This document shows, piece after piece, positions 9,582-26,922 of a stretch of 64,000 bases of DNA. The stretch spans positions 20,271 to 84,270 of the forward strand of contig CBHTUR010000018.1 in the NCBI GenBank assembly GCA_966096095.1, written 5' to 3'. Origin of the DNA: an uncultured Gemmatimonadaceae bacterium (GTDB lineage: Bacteria > Gemmatimonadota > Gemmatimonadetes > Gemmatimonadales > Gemmatimonadaceae). Numbering within the stretch: position 1 is the first letter of the stretch; each line of letters opens with the position of its first letter. The notes under the pieces are model-generated. The model was not told the DNA's origin and did not search any database. It saw only the letters and a program-made list of their open reading frames with translations. The position numbers were made by a program, and so were the translations under genes.

Positions 9582-10413
9582 TGCCGCTTATCGCCTCCCG
9601 TCGCACGAGACGTGCGACATCGAGAGATGACAACAGCAGTGCACGGGCAATCCGTGGAGCTTCGCGGGCATCGAGGGCCGCCGCATCCGCGCCAACACGC
9701 GTGACGCTCTCCGGTTCGTCGGCGAAAATGCGTCCGCCGACCATGACTTTGATGTTGGGATTTCGAGACGCCGAGCGGAGTCGCCGAATCTCACGCTTGA
9801 GAACGGAGAGTCGACTGTCGCAACCAACCGAAAATCCGATGACGTCATACCACTCGCTGCTCACCATCTGCAAAAGGTCATGATCGGTCCACGGGGCCCC
9901 GACCAACACACGCCATCCGTCACGAATCAGAAACTCGCCCACCATGATGATGCCGAGCGTGTGCTGCTCGCCCGCCACGCACGTGAGCAAGATGTTGCCG
10001 ACCGTCTCCGTTCTCGCGGCATCGGCGAGAAACACCTGAGACAAATCGCGCAACAGTCGCTGCATACGCCCGAGTGCGACCGTCACATCCACGAAGTCGC
10101 ATTCGTCGCTCTCCCACATCTGACCGAATCGCCGCGCCGCGGGCGCCATCAGATCGACATAGATCGACTCTAATGAAACGCCATCCGCGATCAGCGAGGA
10201 CACCATTGTCACGGAGCGTTGGTCATCCAGCCCCCGCACCGCAGCGATGAATCCGCTGACGTCCGCCTCGTTCACCAAGCGACCGACGCCGGGTGGCGTG
10301 GAAGGGGTGAGGGGTCCCGCGCGATGGGGCACCGCCAACCGAGGCACGATCTCAGTCTGCATCGTGCGTTCCAGCCGCTCGGTCCGGTGTCCCGTGATGG
10401 GAGCGTCGTCCAT
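9547..10413 (-). CDS. ppaA: Cobalamin-binding antirepressor PpaA/AerR
   Basis: PAARRFGQMWESDECDFVDVT, GEQHTLG (ExHxxG), DVIGFS, VMVGG; overlaps the ppsR start by 35 nt. Confidence 0.9.
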   Translation of the reverse strand: MDDAPITGHRTERLERTMQTEIVPRLAVPHRAGPLTPSTPPGVGRLVNEADVSGFIAAVRGLDDQRSVTMVSSLIADGVSLESIYVDLMAPAARRFGQMWESDECDFVDVTVALGRMQRLLRDLSQVFLADAARTETVGNILLTCVAGEQHTLGIIMVGEFLIRDGWRVLVGAPWTDHDLLQMVSSEWYDVIGFSVGCDSRLSVLKREIRRLRSASRNPNIKVMVGGRIFADEPESVTRVGADAAALDAREAPRIARALLLSSLDVARLVRREAISGNGEFREAVRRD

Positions 10414-10558
10414 CGTCTCGTTACAGAGTGGAGGTCCAGATCGGACCGAAAGGACAGACTACGGACGCCGTGCGGAGCTGCAACACGAACATCGCGTCGG
10501 GGATATCCAGGCGCAAGAAGCTGCGGGCCTACGCGAGTATGCGGTTCACTGGAACGAA

Positions 10559-10615
10559 TGTCAATAAAAGCTTACGTCAATCTTGCTTGACAACTGCGCG
10601 CCCGGACCACACCAT
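10559..10615 (+). promoter_or_regulatory. bchF/ppaA divergent promoter with two overlapping PpsR-like boxes and a TTGACA -35
   Basis: TGTCAATAAAAGCTTACG (10559-10576) and CGTCAATCTTGCTTGACA (10575-10592); TTGACA at 10587-10592, then 17 bp, then CACCAT. Confidence 0.7.
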
Positions 10616-10654
10616 AGGGCCATCTGGGCACCGAACCCCCGGAGCGCAAACCTG

Positions 10655-12546
<1,892 letters not shown>

Positions 12547-12554
12547 CGCCGCCA

Positions 12555-14262
12555 ATGCAACTCACGCTCTGGACCTACGAAGGACCGCCGCATGTTGGCG
12601 CGATGCGCATCGCCACGTCGATGCAGGGCGTGCACTATGTGCTGCACGCGCCGCAAGGCGATACCTACGCTGATCTGCTGTTCACGATGATCGAGCGCCG
12701 CGATACGCGACCACCGGTCACCTATACAACTTTTCAGGCGCGTGACCTTGGCGGCGATACAGCGGAACTCGTAAAACAGTCCGTGCGGGATGCGTACGAA
12801 CGCTTTCGCCCCGACGCGTTGCTCGTGGGCGAATCGTGCACAGCGGAGCTGATTCAGGATCAGCCGGGATCGCTCGCGCTTGGCATGAATCTCCCCGTGC
12901 CCATCGTGCCGCTCGAGTTGCCGGCGTACTCCAAGAAAGAGAACTGGGGCGCCAGCGAAACGTTCTACCAGCTAGTGCGCACGCTGCTATCGCCGACAAT
13001 GCCAGCGCCGGGCACGCGCGTTGTTCGTGAGCCGGCGGTCGGACGGCGCCCGCGCGCCAATCTGCTCGGCCCAACGTCGCTCGGCTTCCGCAATCGCGAT
13101 GACGTCCGCGAGATCACCCGACTGCTGTCAGACTGCGGCATCGATGTCCACGTCGTCGCGCCACTCGGCGCAACTGTGGCGCAGATCCGCAGCATTCCCG
13201 AGGCCGACTTCAACATTTTGCTCTATCCGGAGGTTGGCGAGTCGACCGCGCGGTGGCTGCAGAAGTCCTTCGGCATGTCGTACGTGAAGACGGTACCGAT
13301 CGGCGTGCTGGCCACGCGCGAGTTTCTCCAGGAAGTGGGCACCGTCGCCGGAGTCGACGTTACCGCGGTGCTGGAACGTGAGCGCGCGGGCGAGGCACAG
13401 GCGAGCGCGAGTCGTTCGCTGTTGCCATGGTACTCTCGCTCGGTCGATTCCACCTATCTCACTGGCAAGCGCGTCTTCGTTTTTGGCGACGCCACGCACG
13501 TGCTGGCAGCCGCGCGTATCGCGCGCGACGAACTTGGTTTCAACGTCGTTGGTATCGGCACCTACGCGCGTGAGTACGCCCGTGCTGTGCGCGACGCCGC
13601 GGCCGCGATGGGCATCGAAGCGCTCATCAGCGACGACTATTTAGAAGTCGAGACGCGTGTATCTGAACTCGCGCCTGAGCTGGTACTCGGCACGCAGATG
13701 GAGCGGCACATCGCCAAACGCCTCGGGGTTCCGTGTGCGGTGATCTCTTCGCCAATCCACGTGCAGGACGTACCCGCCCGGCACTCGCCGCAGATGGGCT
13801 TCGAGGGCGCCAATGTCATTTTCGACGCGTGGGTGCACCCGCTCATGATGGGTCTCGAAGAGCATCTGCTGCACATGTTCCGCGACGACTTCGAGTTTGC
13901 CGATGGCGCCACGCCATCACATTTGCACGCGGCTGTGGTCGCACGCCGCGGCGTCGCGCCCGACACGTCGCTGCCACGCAGCGCGAAGTTGGCAGACGAG
14001 GCTTCACACTTCATGAGCGACGACGCGATGGAAGCGCCGGAAGGCGCGAGCGCGGTCGCGCTCACCGAGGAAGAGGGCGAGGACCTTGGCGCAATCGCCC
14101 TTTCACCGACGGCGACCGAGTGGCTCGTGGCCGCCGAAGCTGAGCTGAAGAAAATTCCGTTCTTTGTGCGCGGAAAAGCTCGGCGCAATACCGAACGCTA
14201 CGCGCTCGACCGCGGCATCGCGCAGATCTCGGTCGAGACACTCTACGAGGCCAAGGCGTTCT

Positions 14263-14273
<11 letters not shown>
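12555..14273 (+). CDS. bchB: Dark-operative protochlorophyllide reductase subunit B
   Basis: [42 protein letters not shown]-terminal [15 protein letters not shown] domain. Confidence 0.97.
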
Positions 14274-19012
<4,739 letters not shown>

Positions 19013-19013
<1 letters not shown>

Positions 19014-19804
19014 TGCTGGTTCCGTCAGAATCCGCCGTGGTGCCCACCGACAACGCGGTGACGCCGTATCTCGAGCGTCGCGCGTGGATTGGTGAATACT
19101 TCGATCGCACGGCGGCCGCCGCATGGAAGGCGCTGACGTCCGATGCGCCCGTCTCGCGCATCCGCGCGACTGTGCGCGCCGGTCGCGAAGCCATGCGACA
19201 TACGCTGCTCGCCTCGCTGCCGGGCGACCTCAACGGCGCGCGGATTCTCGACGCAGGCTGTGGCACCGGCGTACTGGCGATGGATTTGGCGCGACGGGGA
19301 GCCGATGTCGTCGCGATCGACTTGTCGCCGACGCTCGTGGACCACGCCCGCGAGCAAGCAGCTGCGGTGGGGCTCACCAGTATCGATTTTTGCGCCGGCG
19401 ACATGCTCGATGCGAATCTCGGCAGCTTCGACTACGCCATCGCGATGGACTCGCTCATTCACTACGAACTGCCGGAAATCCTCGGTGCGCTGGCCGGCCT
19501 CGCGCCTCGAATCCGCCAGCAGATGTCGATTACGGTAGCGCCGCGAACCACGATGCTGGCGGCGATGCACAATGTCGGGAAGCTGTTTCCGCGGCACGAC
19601 CGCGCTCCGTCGATAGTGCCAGTGAAAGAATCGGCGTTTCGACGGGGACTCGAACAGACGTCGCAGCTGTCGGCGTGGCGCGTCGCAAGCACCGTTCGAG
19701 TCGAGCGCGGATTCTATCGGTCACAGGCGCTGATTCTGGATCGAGTTGCTGACGGTCCGGAGGGCGCTCCGCCTCAAGGGCATCACGTTCACGGAGGTCG
19801 ATGA
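19013..19804 (+). CDS. bchM: Mg-protoporphyrin IX methyltransferase
   Basis: EYFDRTAAAAWKALTSDAPVSRIRATVRAGR, LDAGCGTG, MDSLIHY; TGATG overlap with bchL. Confidence 0.95.
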
Positions 19805-20136
19805 TGGGCGGATTGGGATGGGGCATTTCGGCGTCGCTCGCGGTCGTGGCGGGCGCGTGGTTCGTGATGCGACGTCAGGTGGTCGTGCCGTGCACGATCG
19901 ATCTTGAGGCGACGCACGATCACTTCCACGCGCACGTCGATCTCGACGGCGTCGAGGTCGATCCAGGTGACGCGGTGCTCGTGCACAACGCGCCCTCGCG
20001 CATTCCGTTCGGGACGCAGAAGCAGATCAGCTCACAGGCGACCGTCGAACGCGCGAGTTGGCTGCGCCGGCAGTTTGTGAAGCTCACTGGTGGCACCGAG
20101 CTCTATGAGTTGTACGACGTCGGATTTGAAGGCTGA
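19801..20136 (+). CDS. bciE: BciE-like accessory protein of the O2-dependent cyclase, with an N-terminal hydrophobic segment
   Basis: VPCTIDLEATHDHFHAHV...PGDAVLVHNAP...RASWL....KLTG..EL resembles recalled R. sphaeroides BciE (RSP_6110); immediately upstream of acsF. Confidence 0.72.
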   Translation: MMGGLGWGISASLAVVAGAWFVMRRQVVVPCTIDLEATHDHFHAHVDLDGVEVDPGDAVLVHNAPSRIPFGTQKQISSQATVERASWLRRQFVKLTGGTELYELYDVGFEG

Positions 20137-20145
20137 GGAGACCGT

Positions 20146-21231
20146 ATGTACGCAACGACGACAGAGCTTCCCACACGCGCGATTGAATCGGTCAACGAGT
20201 CGACCAAACTGGCGCAAAAGGACGCCATGCTCAATCCGCGCTTCTACACCACTGATTTTGCCGCGCTCGACGCTCTAAAAATCGCGCCGGAAAATCGACA
20301 GATGTGGGACGATATTCTCGCCGAGTTCCGACGTGACCCTAACAAGGATCATTTCAAGCGGAACGCCGAGTTCGACGCGGACTTTTCCAGCATGGATCCG
20401 GCACTCCGCGAACAGTTCATCGACTTCATGGTCTCCTCGGTGACCGCCGAGTTCAGCGGCTGCATTTTGTACGCGGAAGTGAAGAAGCGCATCAAGAACC
20501 CGGACGTGCGCGAACTGTTCGGTTTCATGAGCCGCGATGAGGGGCGACACGCGGGCTTCATCAATCACACGCTGAACGACTTCAACGTGGCGGTCGATCT
20601 CAGTTTCCTCACCAAGGCCAAGAAATACACGTTCTTCCAGCCGAAATTCATTTACTACGCAACCTACCTGTCGGAAAAGATCGGTTACGCCCGGTATATC
20701 ACGATCTATCGCAACTTCGAGAAGCAACCGGACAAACGTTTCCATCCGATCTTCAAGTGGTTCGAGAATTGGTGTCTCGACGAGTTCCGTCACGGCGAGG
20801 CGTTTGCCGTGCTCATGCGCTCGAACCCCGAGTTCCTCGAAGGGCGCAATCGCCTCTGGATCCGGTTCTTTCTTCTCGCGGTCTTTTGCACGATGTACGT
20901 GCGCGATCACGCGCGCGCGCCGTTCTTCGCGGCGATGGGCATGGATGTCGAAGACTTTGATCGTCGCGTCATCAAGCTCACGAATCTCATCAGCCGTCAG
21001 GTCTTTCCTCATACCATCGACACCGAGAGTGATGCATTCTGGGCGCTGATGGGCTCGATGTGGAAGAATACCGATGCGATGCGTCAGGCCGAGCAGCGTG
21101 GCGGCGCGTTCGCTTCGCTGAAGGTGGCGATGCTGAAGGCGAAGAACGTTGTGACGTTCGTGCGGCTGTTTCTCCGGGCGCCACACAAACAGGCGCTGCC
21201 GGCGGATGTCCGTCTGCAGCCAACGTGGTAA
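20146..21231 (+). CDS. acsF: Aerobic Mg-protoporphyrin IX monomethyl ester cyclase (di-iron)
   Basis: LNPRFYTTDF, D.NKDHFKR, AEFSGC.LY, DEGRHAGF, YLSEKIGYARYI, WCLDEFRHG. Confidence 0.96.
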   Translation: MYATTTELPTRAIESVNESTKLAQKDAMLNPRFYTTDFAALDALKIAPENRQMWDDILAEFRRDPNKDHFKRNAEFDADFSSMDPALREQFIDFMVSSVTAEFSGCILYAEVKKRIKNPDVRELFGFMSRDEGRHAGFINHTLNDFNVAVDLSFLTKAKKYTFFQPKFIYYATYLSEKIGYARYITIYRNFEKQPDKRFHPIFKWFENWCLDEFRHGEAFAVLMRSNPEFLEGRNRLWIRFFLLAVFCTMYVRDHARAPFFAAMGMDVEDFDRRVIKLTNLISRQVFPHTIDTESDAFWALMGSMWKNTDAMRQAEQRGGAFASLKVAMLKAKNVVTFVRLFLRAPHKQALPADVRLQPTW

Positions 21232-21234
21232 CGC

Positions 21235-22686
21235 ATGGGCACCTTCGCTGACGCCGCGGCGCGGACCACCGCGCGACTGGGCAAGAATTGGCTGCCGTTT
21301 GCCGACGTGGCAACGAACGACGTTTCGTTGTCACGCCTATTTCGCCTGGCGCTGTTCCAGCTGTCGGTCGGCATGGTTCAGACGCTCTTCGTCGGCACGC
21401 TCAATCGCGTGATGATTCTCGAGCTGTCGGTACCGGCTTCGTTGGTAGCCGTGATGCTCGCCATCCCGTTGATGGTCGCACCATTTCGCGCGCTCGTTGG
21501 ATTCAAGTCCGATTCATACCGGAGCTTTCTTGGCTGGAAGCGTGTGCCGTTTCTCTGGATGGGCACGCTGCTGCAGTTCTCGGGTCTTTCCATAATGCCG
21601 TTCGCGCTGCTCGTGCTTTCAGAGCACGGCGGACACGGTCCGGAGTGGCTTGGGTACGCGGGAACGGCCGTCAGCTTTCTGTTGGTTGGCGCGGGTGCTC
21701 ATACGACGCAGACCGCCGGACTCGCATTGGCCACCGACTTGGTCAATGAAGAGAAGCGGCCGCGCGTTGTTGCGTTGATGTACCTGATGATGTTGATCGG
21801 CACCCTGGTTAGCGCACTCGCACTCGAAGGCATGCTGCGCAACTTCAGTCCGCTGCGCTTGATCCAGGTCATCCAAGGGACGGCGGTGTTCACCGTCGTC
21901 TGCAATCTCGTGTCGCTCTGGAAGCAAGAGGCGCGCGTGTTGGGCACCACGCCGTATCAACCCGGCGAGCGTCGTCCGATTTTCCGCGAAGCCTGGCGCA
22001 CCTTTGCGGGCGGCGGGCAAGCAGTCCGATTGCTCGTGGCTTCCGGACTCGGCTTCTTTGCATACAACCTGCAGGATGTGCTGCTGGAGCCGTATGGCGG
22101 CGAAATCCTCGGCTTCACGGTTTCCCAGACCACGCAGCTCACGGCGTTCATGGCTCTTGGCGCGATGTTCTCGTTTCTCGTCGCAGCCGACATTTTGCGG
22201 CGCCGCTGGGATCCGATCCAGATGGCGGCAACGGGAGTGCTCATCGGGATCATTGCGTTTGCGATGGTCATTTTCGCCAGCGGCTTGCACTCGTCGCTGA
22301 TGTTCCGCGGCGGCGTGTTGCTTATCGGCTTCGGCGAGGGGCTCTTCGGAGTGGGCACCTTGTCGTTCGCGATGCGCATTAAAGATCCGTCGCAGCACGG
22401 CATCGCACTGGGTGCGTGGGGCGCCGTGTTCGCGTCCGCCGAAGGACTGTCTTTCGCCCTCAGTGGTGTGGCAAAAGACTGGCTCTCGCACTTGGTATCC
22501 CGCGGAGCGCTCGGCCCGGGACTAACCACACCAAGTGTGCCGTACTCCGTGGTCTACACCACGGAAATTGTTGTCTTGTTCGCGACCCTGATTGCTTTGG
22601 GGCCGCTGGTGGCGCGTCGCTCGTCGCGCTCGGAAAACACAGAGCGCACTGCAGGTTCGTTCGGCCTCGCTGATATCCCCGCCTGA
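21235..22686 (+). CDS. lhaA: LH1 assembly protein LhaA (PucC-family MFS)
   Basis: LPFADVAT..VSLSRLFRLALFQLSVGM, TLNRVMILEL, QDVLLEPYGGE, GIALGAWGAV.A; upstream of puhA. Confidence 0.92.
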   Translation: MGTFADAAARTTARLGKNWLPFADVATNDVSLSRLFRLALFQLSVGMVQTLFVGTLNRVMILELSVPASLVAVMLAIPLMVAPFRALVGFKSDSYRSFLGWKRVPFLWMGTLLQFSGLSIMPFALLVLSEHGGHGPEWLGYAGTAVSFLLVGAGAHTTQTAGLALATDLVNEEKRPRVVALMYLMMLIGTLVSALALEGMLRNFSPLRLIQVIQGTAVFTVVCNLVSLWKQEARVLGTTPYQPGERRPIFREAWRTFAGGGQAVRLLVASGLGFFAYNLQDVLLEPYGGEILGFTVSQTTQLTAFMALGAMFSFLVAADILRRRWDPIQMAATGVLIGIIAFAMVIFASGLHSSLMFRGGVLLIGFGEGLFGVGTLSFAMRIKDPSQHGIALGAWGAVFASAEGLSFALSGVAKDWLSHLVSRGALGPGLTTPSVPYSVVYTTEIVVLFATLIALGPLVARRSSRSENTERTAGSFGLADIPA

Positions 22687-22716
22687 CCTCGTTCACCTCC
22701 GCCGCGGAGTCGCCGT

Positions 22717-22911
22717 ATGATGGAGAAGATTGATGGTGCGCAGATCGCGCTGTATGCGTTTTGGTTGTTCTTCGCCGGGCTGATCATCTTTCTTCGCCGA
22801 GAAGACAAACGCGAAGGCTATCCGCTCGAGTCGCCCGATGGACCGCGTGAGGGCTGGCCGAAAGTGCCGGAGAAGAAAACGTACATCCATCGCGATGGAG
22901 GAGCGCACTGA
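22717..22911 (+). CDS. puhA: Reaction-centre H subunit, N-terminal transmembrane part
   Basis: [35 protein letters not shown] is the PuhA N-terminus; stops after 64 aa. Confidence 0.9.
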   Translation: MMEKIDGAQIALYAFWLFFAGLIIFLRREDKREGYPLESPDGPREGWPKVPEKKTYIHRDGGAH

Positions 22912-23453
22912 TGCCCGAGCTCAAGGCAGTACCTGTTGACGGCTACAACGGATCGCCGATGGTGCCGACCGGCAACCCGATGATTGATGGTGTCGGTCCC
23001 GCGTCGTGGGCCGATCGCGCCGATGTGCCCGACATGACCGCGCACGGTCAGCCAAAGGTCGTACCGATGCGCGTCGACTCGGCGTTCTTCGTGGCGAAGG
23101 GCGATCCGGATCCACGTGGATTGCCCGTGGTCGCCGCCGACAAGCAAGTCGCGGGTACGGTGACCGAGATTTGGGTTGATCGCGCCGAGCCGCAGGTGCG
23201 CTACTACGAAGTCAAACTTTCCGCCGTCGACAAAACGGTGATGTTGCCCGTTGGTTATGTGCAGTGGCCGAACTTCGGACTGTGGGGCAACGACAAGGTT
23301 ATCGTGAAAGCCATTACGGCCGCGCAGTTCGCCGACGTTCCCGCAATCAAGAGCGACGCGCAGATCACGATGTACGAAGAAGAACGCGTGATGGCGTACT
23401 ACGCGGGCGGGCATCTCTACGCCACCGAAAGCCGGAGCGAACCGATTATATGA
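22911..23453 (+). CDS. puhA: Reaction-centre H subunit, cytoplasmic PRC-barrel part
   Basis: PTGNPMIDGVGPASW..RAD.PD, DPDPRGLPV...D..VAG.V..IWVDR.E...RY.EV, FADVP, QIT..EEE...AYYAGG.LYA; TGATG overlap with the upstream part. Confidence 0.92.
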   Translation: MPELKAVPVDGYNGSPMVPTGNPMIDGVGPASWADRADVPDMTAHGQPKVVPMRVDSAFFVAKGDPDPRGLPVVAADKQVAGTVTEIWVDRAEPQVRYYEVKLSAVDKTVMLPVGYVQWPNFGLWGNDKVIVKAITAAQFADVPAIKSDAQITMYEEERVMAYYAGGHLYATESRSEPII

Positions 23454-24142
23454 GCGACGCCGATCGGGTGGGGACGTCAGCGCTCATTCGCGGCGTTCCC
23501 CATCCGCTGCCAACAGGTGAATCGGTGCTGTGGCAAGGGGCGCCGAACGTGCGCGCGGTTGCCACGCACGTATTTCACTGGCGCCTGTTTGCCCTCTACT
23601 TCGCCGCGATGCTGCTGTGGTGGGCGTTTGCGACATCAGCAGCGTTCGGCACGGGACAGTATTACTCACAAGGCGCCATTGTGCTGACGTTGAGCGCGAT
23701 GGTGCTGGGCATCGCGTGGGGGCTATCGGCGCTGGTCGCGAGCAGCACCTGGTACGCCATCACAACGCAGCGGCTCGTGCTGCGCATTGGTATGGTGTTT
23801 CCGATGTCCATTAACGTGCCATTTTCGGCCATCGAGAGCGCCGGCGTTGGCGAATTCAAGGACGGCACGGGGCAGGTGGCGCTGAGCCTATCCAAGGCAC
23901 AGAGAATCGCCTACATCGCGCTCTGGCCGCACTGTCGCGTGCTGAGATTCGCCAACCCCGAGCCCGTGCTGCGCGGGCTCACCGATCCGCAGCGCATTGG
24001 TCGGATTCTCGCGCAGGCCGTCGCCGAGAGCGGCGAAGGTGCTCGCCAGCTGTCTCGCCCGTCGATTCGCGCGAGCGCGCCGGAAGGTTCGCTCGATGGT
24101 GCCTCTGACGCGTTCGGACTTCCGCAGCCGGCCCGCGCATGA
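23450..24142 (+). CDS. puhB: Photosynthetic complex assembly protein PuhB
   Basis: PLPTGESVLWQGAP, YAITTQRLVLRIG, LWPHCR..R...PEPVLR; ATGA overlap. Confidence 0.9.
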   Translation: MSDADRVGTSALIRGVPHPLPTGESVLWQGAPNVRAVATHVFHWRLFALYFAAMLLWWAFATSAAFGTGQYYSQGAIVLTLSAMVLGIAWGLSALVASSTWYAITTQRLVLRIGMVFPMSINVPFSAIESAGVGEFKDGTGQVALSLSKAQRIAYIALWPHCRVLRFANPEPVLRGLTDPQRIGRILAQAVAESGEGARQLSRPSIRASAPEGSLDGASDAFGLPQPARA

Positions 24143-24630
24143 GCAGCCAAATTCACTTCGAAACGGAACCGGGCGCGCGACCCGACGCGCCACCGATGCA
24201 GGTGCCCAAGCCGGCGCTGTACATGGCGGCGGCGATGATTACGCTGACCCTGTCCCTAGCTGTTTCGGCGCGCGTGTTCGGCATCGGCGCCGCGCGAGAA
24301 GTGGCGACAACGGTGAAGGCGGAACGCGCACTGCGCTTCAGTGATGCGGCGGACGGCGGCATTGTCGTGACTGATGCAAGCACGAACACGCAGGCTGCGC
24401 TCCTCGAGCCGGGCACCAATGGGTTCCTGCGCGGCGCTCTGCGAGCACTCACGCGCGAGCGCGCGCTCGCCGGCATTGGTCGTGACGTGCCGTTTCGGTT
24501 GGTACGGTACACGGACGGACGTCTGGTGCTGAATGATCCGGCAACCAAGCAGCACATCACGATCACATCCTTCGGACCAACACAGGTGGCGTCGTTCGAT
24601 CGTCTGATGCCGGTCGACGCGCCACGCTGA
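24139..24630 (+). CDS. puhC: Photosynthetic complex assembly protein PuhC
   Basis: LRFSDAADGGIVV, GFLRGALRALTRER, GRLVLNDPAT...I....FG.TQ...F. Confidence 0.9.
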   Translation: MSSQIHFETEPGARPDAPPMQVPKPALYMAAAMITLTLSLAVSARVFGIGAAREVATTVKAERALRFSDAADGGIVVTDASTNTQAALLEPGTNGFLRGALRALTRERALAGIGRDVPFRLVRYTDGRLVLNDPATKQHITITSFGPTQVASFDRLMPVDAPR

Positions 24631-24699
24631 ACTTTCTCGTCAACGCCGTTGATATCGCGCACCTCGCGCAACGCTGAGCAACACCAGGCAGATACACGA

Positions 24700-24742
24700 A
24701 GCACGAAGCCCCCAGACTCAGCGAGTCTGGGGGCTTCGTGCT
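24700..24742. terminator. Perfect 20-bp hairpin between convergent puhC and pufC (probably bidirectional terminator)
   Basis: AGCACGAAGCCCCCAGACTC-agc-GAGTCTGGGGGCTTCGTGCT. Confidence 0.85.
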
Positions 24743-24762
24743 ACAGCGACTGCGATCGCGCG

Positions 24763-25800
24763 TTACGGCGTGCCCGTTGTCGCCGTGGTGGGCTTCGGCG
24801 CGGCAGCAGGTCCGGTTGAAAGCGCAGGGAACGGATTGCCATTCCAGTCGGTGCGACCCCAAAGCGCTGGATAGTCACGCGCCATTTTCGCGCCGAAGAG
24901 CGGCTTGTAGTTCCCGTTGTGACACGTCAGGCATTGGGCTTTGGGCGCATCGCCCATCGCACCGCGTCGCACAGCCGGAAACACCGATTGCAGCGGCGAG
25001 AGATAGTTCGAGTTGATGTCTCGCAGCATCATGATGCCCGCCATTGCGGTGACACGCGCTGGCGGTGCTTGGGTCCAACTCGCGAACTGCCGCGTGTTAT
25101 GACAGTACGTGCAGTTCACGCCCAACGACCGCGACTGACTGATCATCAGCGCGTGCGTCCACTCGGTTTGCTTCACGGAGCTGCGATTGGCGGCCGAGGG
25201 CGCCACCGTCTGCGAGACTACGCGCGCTCCATCACGATCGAGGTAGTGGCGCAGGTAGTCGGTTTGGCTCGTGTAGAACCAGAGGCCGTTCGGCAGCGGT
25301 TTGCCGAGGTGACAAGTGTAGCACGTAACACCGGTGGTCTTCACGTGCGAAGCGTACTGCCCGTTGATCTGGCGGGTCATCTGCAGCATGCGGCGTGCAA
25401 CAAGCTTCGTGTAGATCGGCTTGCCGTTGTTCATCGTGTCCGTCGCGAAGTTGCCCGCCGCCAGATTGTGGCAGTACGCGCAATTACCGGTGCCGGCCAC
25501 CCACGTGCTCATCGCAATCATCGTGCGGTTGAACTCCGCCACCGAGATGTCGTTGAGCACCTGCACGTTCTTCCAGGGGAGGGGGCCTGGAGGCGATTCG
25601 CCCGCGGGTGGCAGCGACACCGGTAACTTCACCTGCTGAAACCGCTTCCTGAGGTCGCCGCGCGTGTAGTTGTACTCGAGCGCAACGCCGCGATATCCAA
25701 TCTGCACGGTGTCGGTCTTCCGTTCGCCGACACAACCGATCACGCCCGTGGCGAGCAGCGTAGTTGCCACCACGGTGGTGGTGCGAAGCAAGCGCATCAC
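24763..25800 (-). CDS. pufC: Reaction-centre tetraheme cytochrome c (lipoprotein)
   Basis: Four CxxCH motifs (CAYCH, CYTCH, CTYCH, CLTCH); lipobox-like VIGC; WKNVQVL; SLGVNC. Confidence 0.96.
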   Translation of the reverse strand: MMRLLRTTTVVATTLLATGVIGCVGERKTDTVQIGYRGVALEYNYTRGDLRKRFQQVKLPVSLPPAGESPPGPLPWKNVQVLNDISVAEFNRTMIAMSTWVAGTGNCAYCHNLAAGNFATDTMNNGKPIYTKLVARRMLQMTRQINGQYASHVKTTGVTCYTCHLGKPLPNGLWFYTSQTDYLRHYLDRDGARVVSQTVAPSAANRSSVKQTEWTHALMISQSRSLGVNCTYCHNTRQFASWTQAPPARVTAMAGIMMLRDINSNYLSPLQSVFPAVRRGAMGDAPKAQCLTCHNGNYKPLFGAKMARDYPALWGRTDWNGNPFPALSTGPAAAPKPTTATTGTP

Positions 25801-26909
25801 GGCGTCCTCCGAGCGGAGTCAGAAGCGACCTTGGTGGAGTCGGCCTTCTTGGTGGTGTCGGCAGACATCGCCGCCGAGTCGCTCATTACCGGAGCGACTG
25901 CCGGCTTGTACGACGGGAACGAGTCTGGCGCCGTGCCCTGATAGCGTCCACGCAGCAACTGCTGCTGTTCCGGTGTCAGCGTATTCTGCGCGGGATACGG
26001 TGCAACCAAGCCATGCTTTACGCCCCACAAGAACCAGTTGTCGACGACCGTGCCGGTGAGCAGGATCCCGATGCCACCGGTAAAGGTGGTCAACACTGCA
26101 AACCACCACGCCCAGCGGTGAATCGATTCCATCGTGGCATTGAAGCCCATCGTCCAGCGCCAGAACAGCATCGAGCGCTCGGCCGCTGTGCCGCGATCGG
26201 TGATCTGTTCGATTTCGCGTTCGCCGCCAAGGCGGGACACCGCGAGAATGGTCGCCGCGTGCATCGCAAACAAGACCGCGCTGCCGTACAAGAACGCGAT
26301 CGAGAGCGCGTGAAACGGATTGTAGTACAAATTGCCGTAGCGAATCGAAAACGCCGACGTCCAGTCGAGATGCGGGAAGATGCCGAAGGGCACCATCTCG
26401 CTCCAGCTGCCTACCAGCAACGGCTGCAGGAAGAACGTGGAGTAGAGGAAGATCGCCGACGCAAAGGCCCAGGCGAGATGCGTTCCCATCTTCAGCGCGC
26501 GCGCGCGCCGATAGGTGCGCAGCCACCAGAGACCAATCGCTGCCGTGAGGAAAAATCCGGCCATCAGATACCAGCCGCCCTGATTGAGCGGCGGAATGTG
26601 CAGGCCGTACTGCGGTGGCGGCGGTTCGAGTGCGAGCCACGGGAGCTGTCGAATGAATTCCACCGGATCCCAATTCACCGACGCCCACATGTTGAGGCCG
26701 ATGATTTCGAACGCGATGAATCCGCACAACAGCGAGAGCGTGCCGAGCGTGCCGAGATAAATCGGCCCGATCTGCGCATCGCCCAATCGTCCGGCCAGCG
26801 AGAGGAAGAACCCTTTGCCGATTCGATTGTCACCGTGCTCGATCGTCAGCCCTGGATCGGGAACGGTGCGAACCTGAACGCGCGTGAAGAGGTTTTGATA
26901 TTCGAGCAT
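25797..26909 (-). CDS. pufM: Reaction-centre M subunit with a long C-terminal extension
   Basis: [57 protein letters not shown]. Confidence 0.98.
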   Translation of the reverse strand: MLEYQNLFTRVQVRTVPDPGLTIEHGDNRIGKGFFLSLAGRLGDAQIGPIYLGTLGTLSLLCGFIAFEIIGLNMWASVNWDPVEFIRQLPWLALEPPPPQYGLHIPPLNQGGWYLMAGFFLTAAIGLWWLRTYRRARALKMGTHLAWAFASAIFLYSTFFLQPLLVGSWSEMVPFGIFPHLDWTSAFSIRYGNLYYNPFHALSIAFLYGSAVLFAMHAATILAVSRLGGEREIEQITDRGTAAERSMLFWRWTMGFNATMESIHRWAWWFAVLTTFTGGIGILLTGTVVDNWFLWGVKHGLVAPYPAQNTLTPEQQQLLRGRYQGTAPDSFPSYKPAVAPVMSDSAAMSADTTKKADSTKVASDSARRTP

Positions 26910-26922
26910 CGTTGCCCGCGCC

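Noticed and set aside
13920-14110. Acidic, low-complexity stretch in BchB
   Set aside because: This is the linker before the C-terminal domain, known to vary in length among BchB/ChlB proteins.
22900-22915. puhA break interpreted as a pseudogene or sequencing frameshift
   Set aside because: There is a clean TGATG coupling with an RBS, both halves are intact, and a two-part H subunit is recalled for this lineage.
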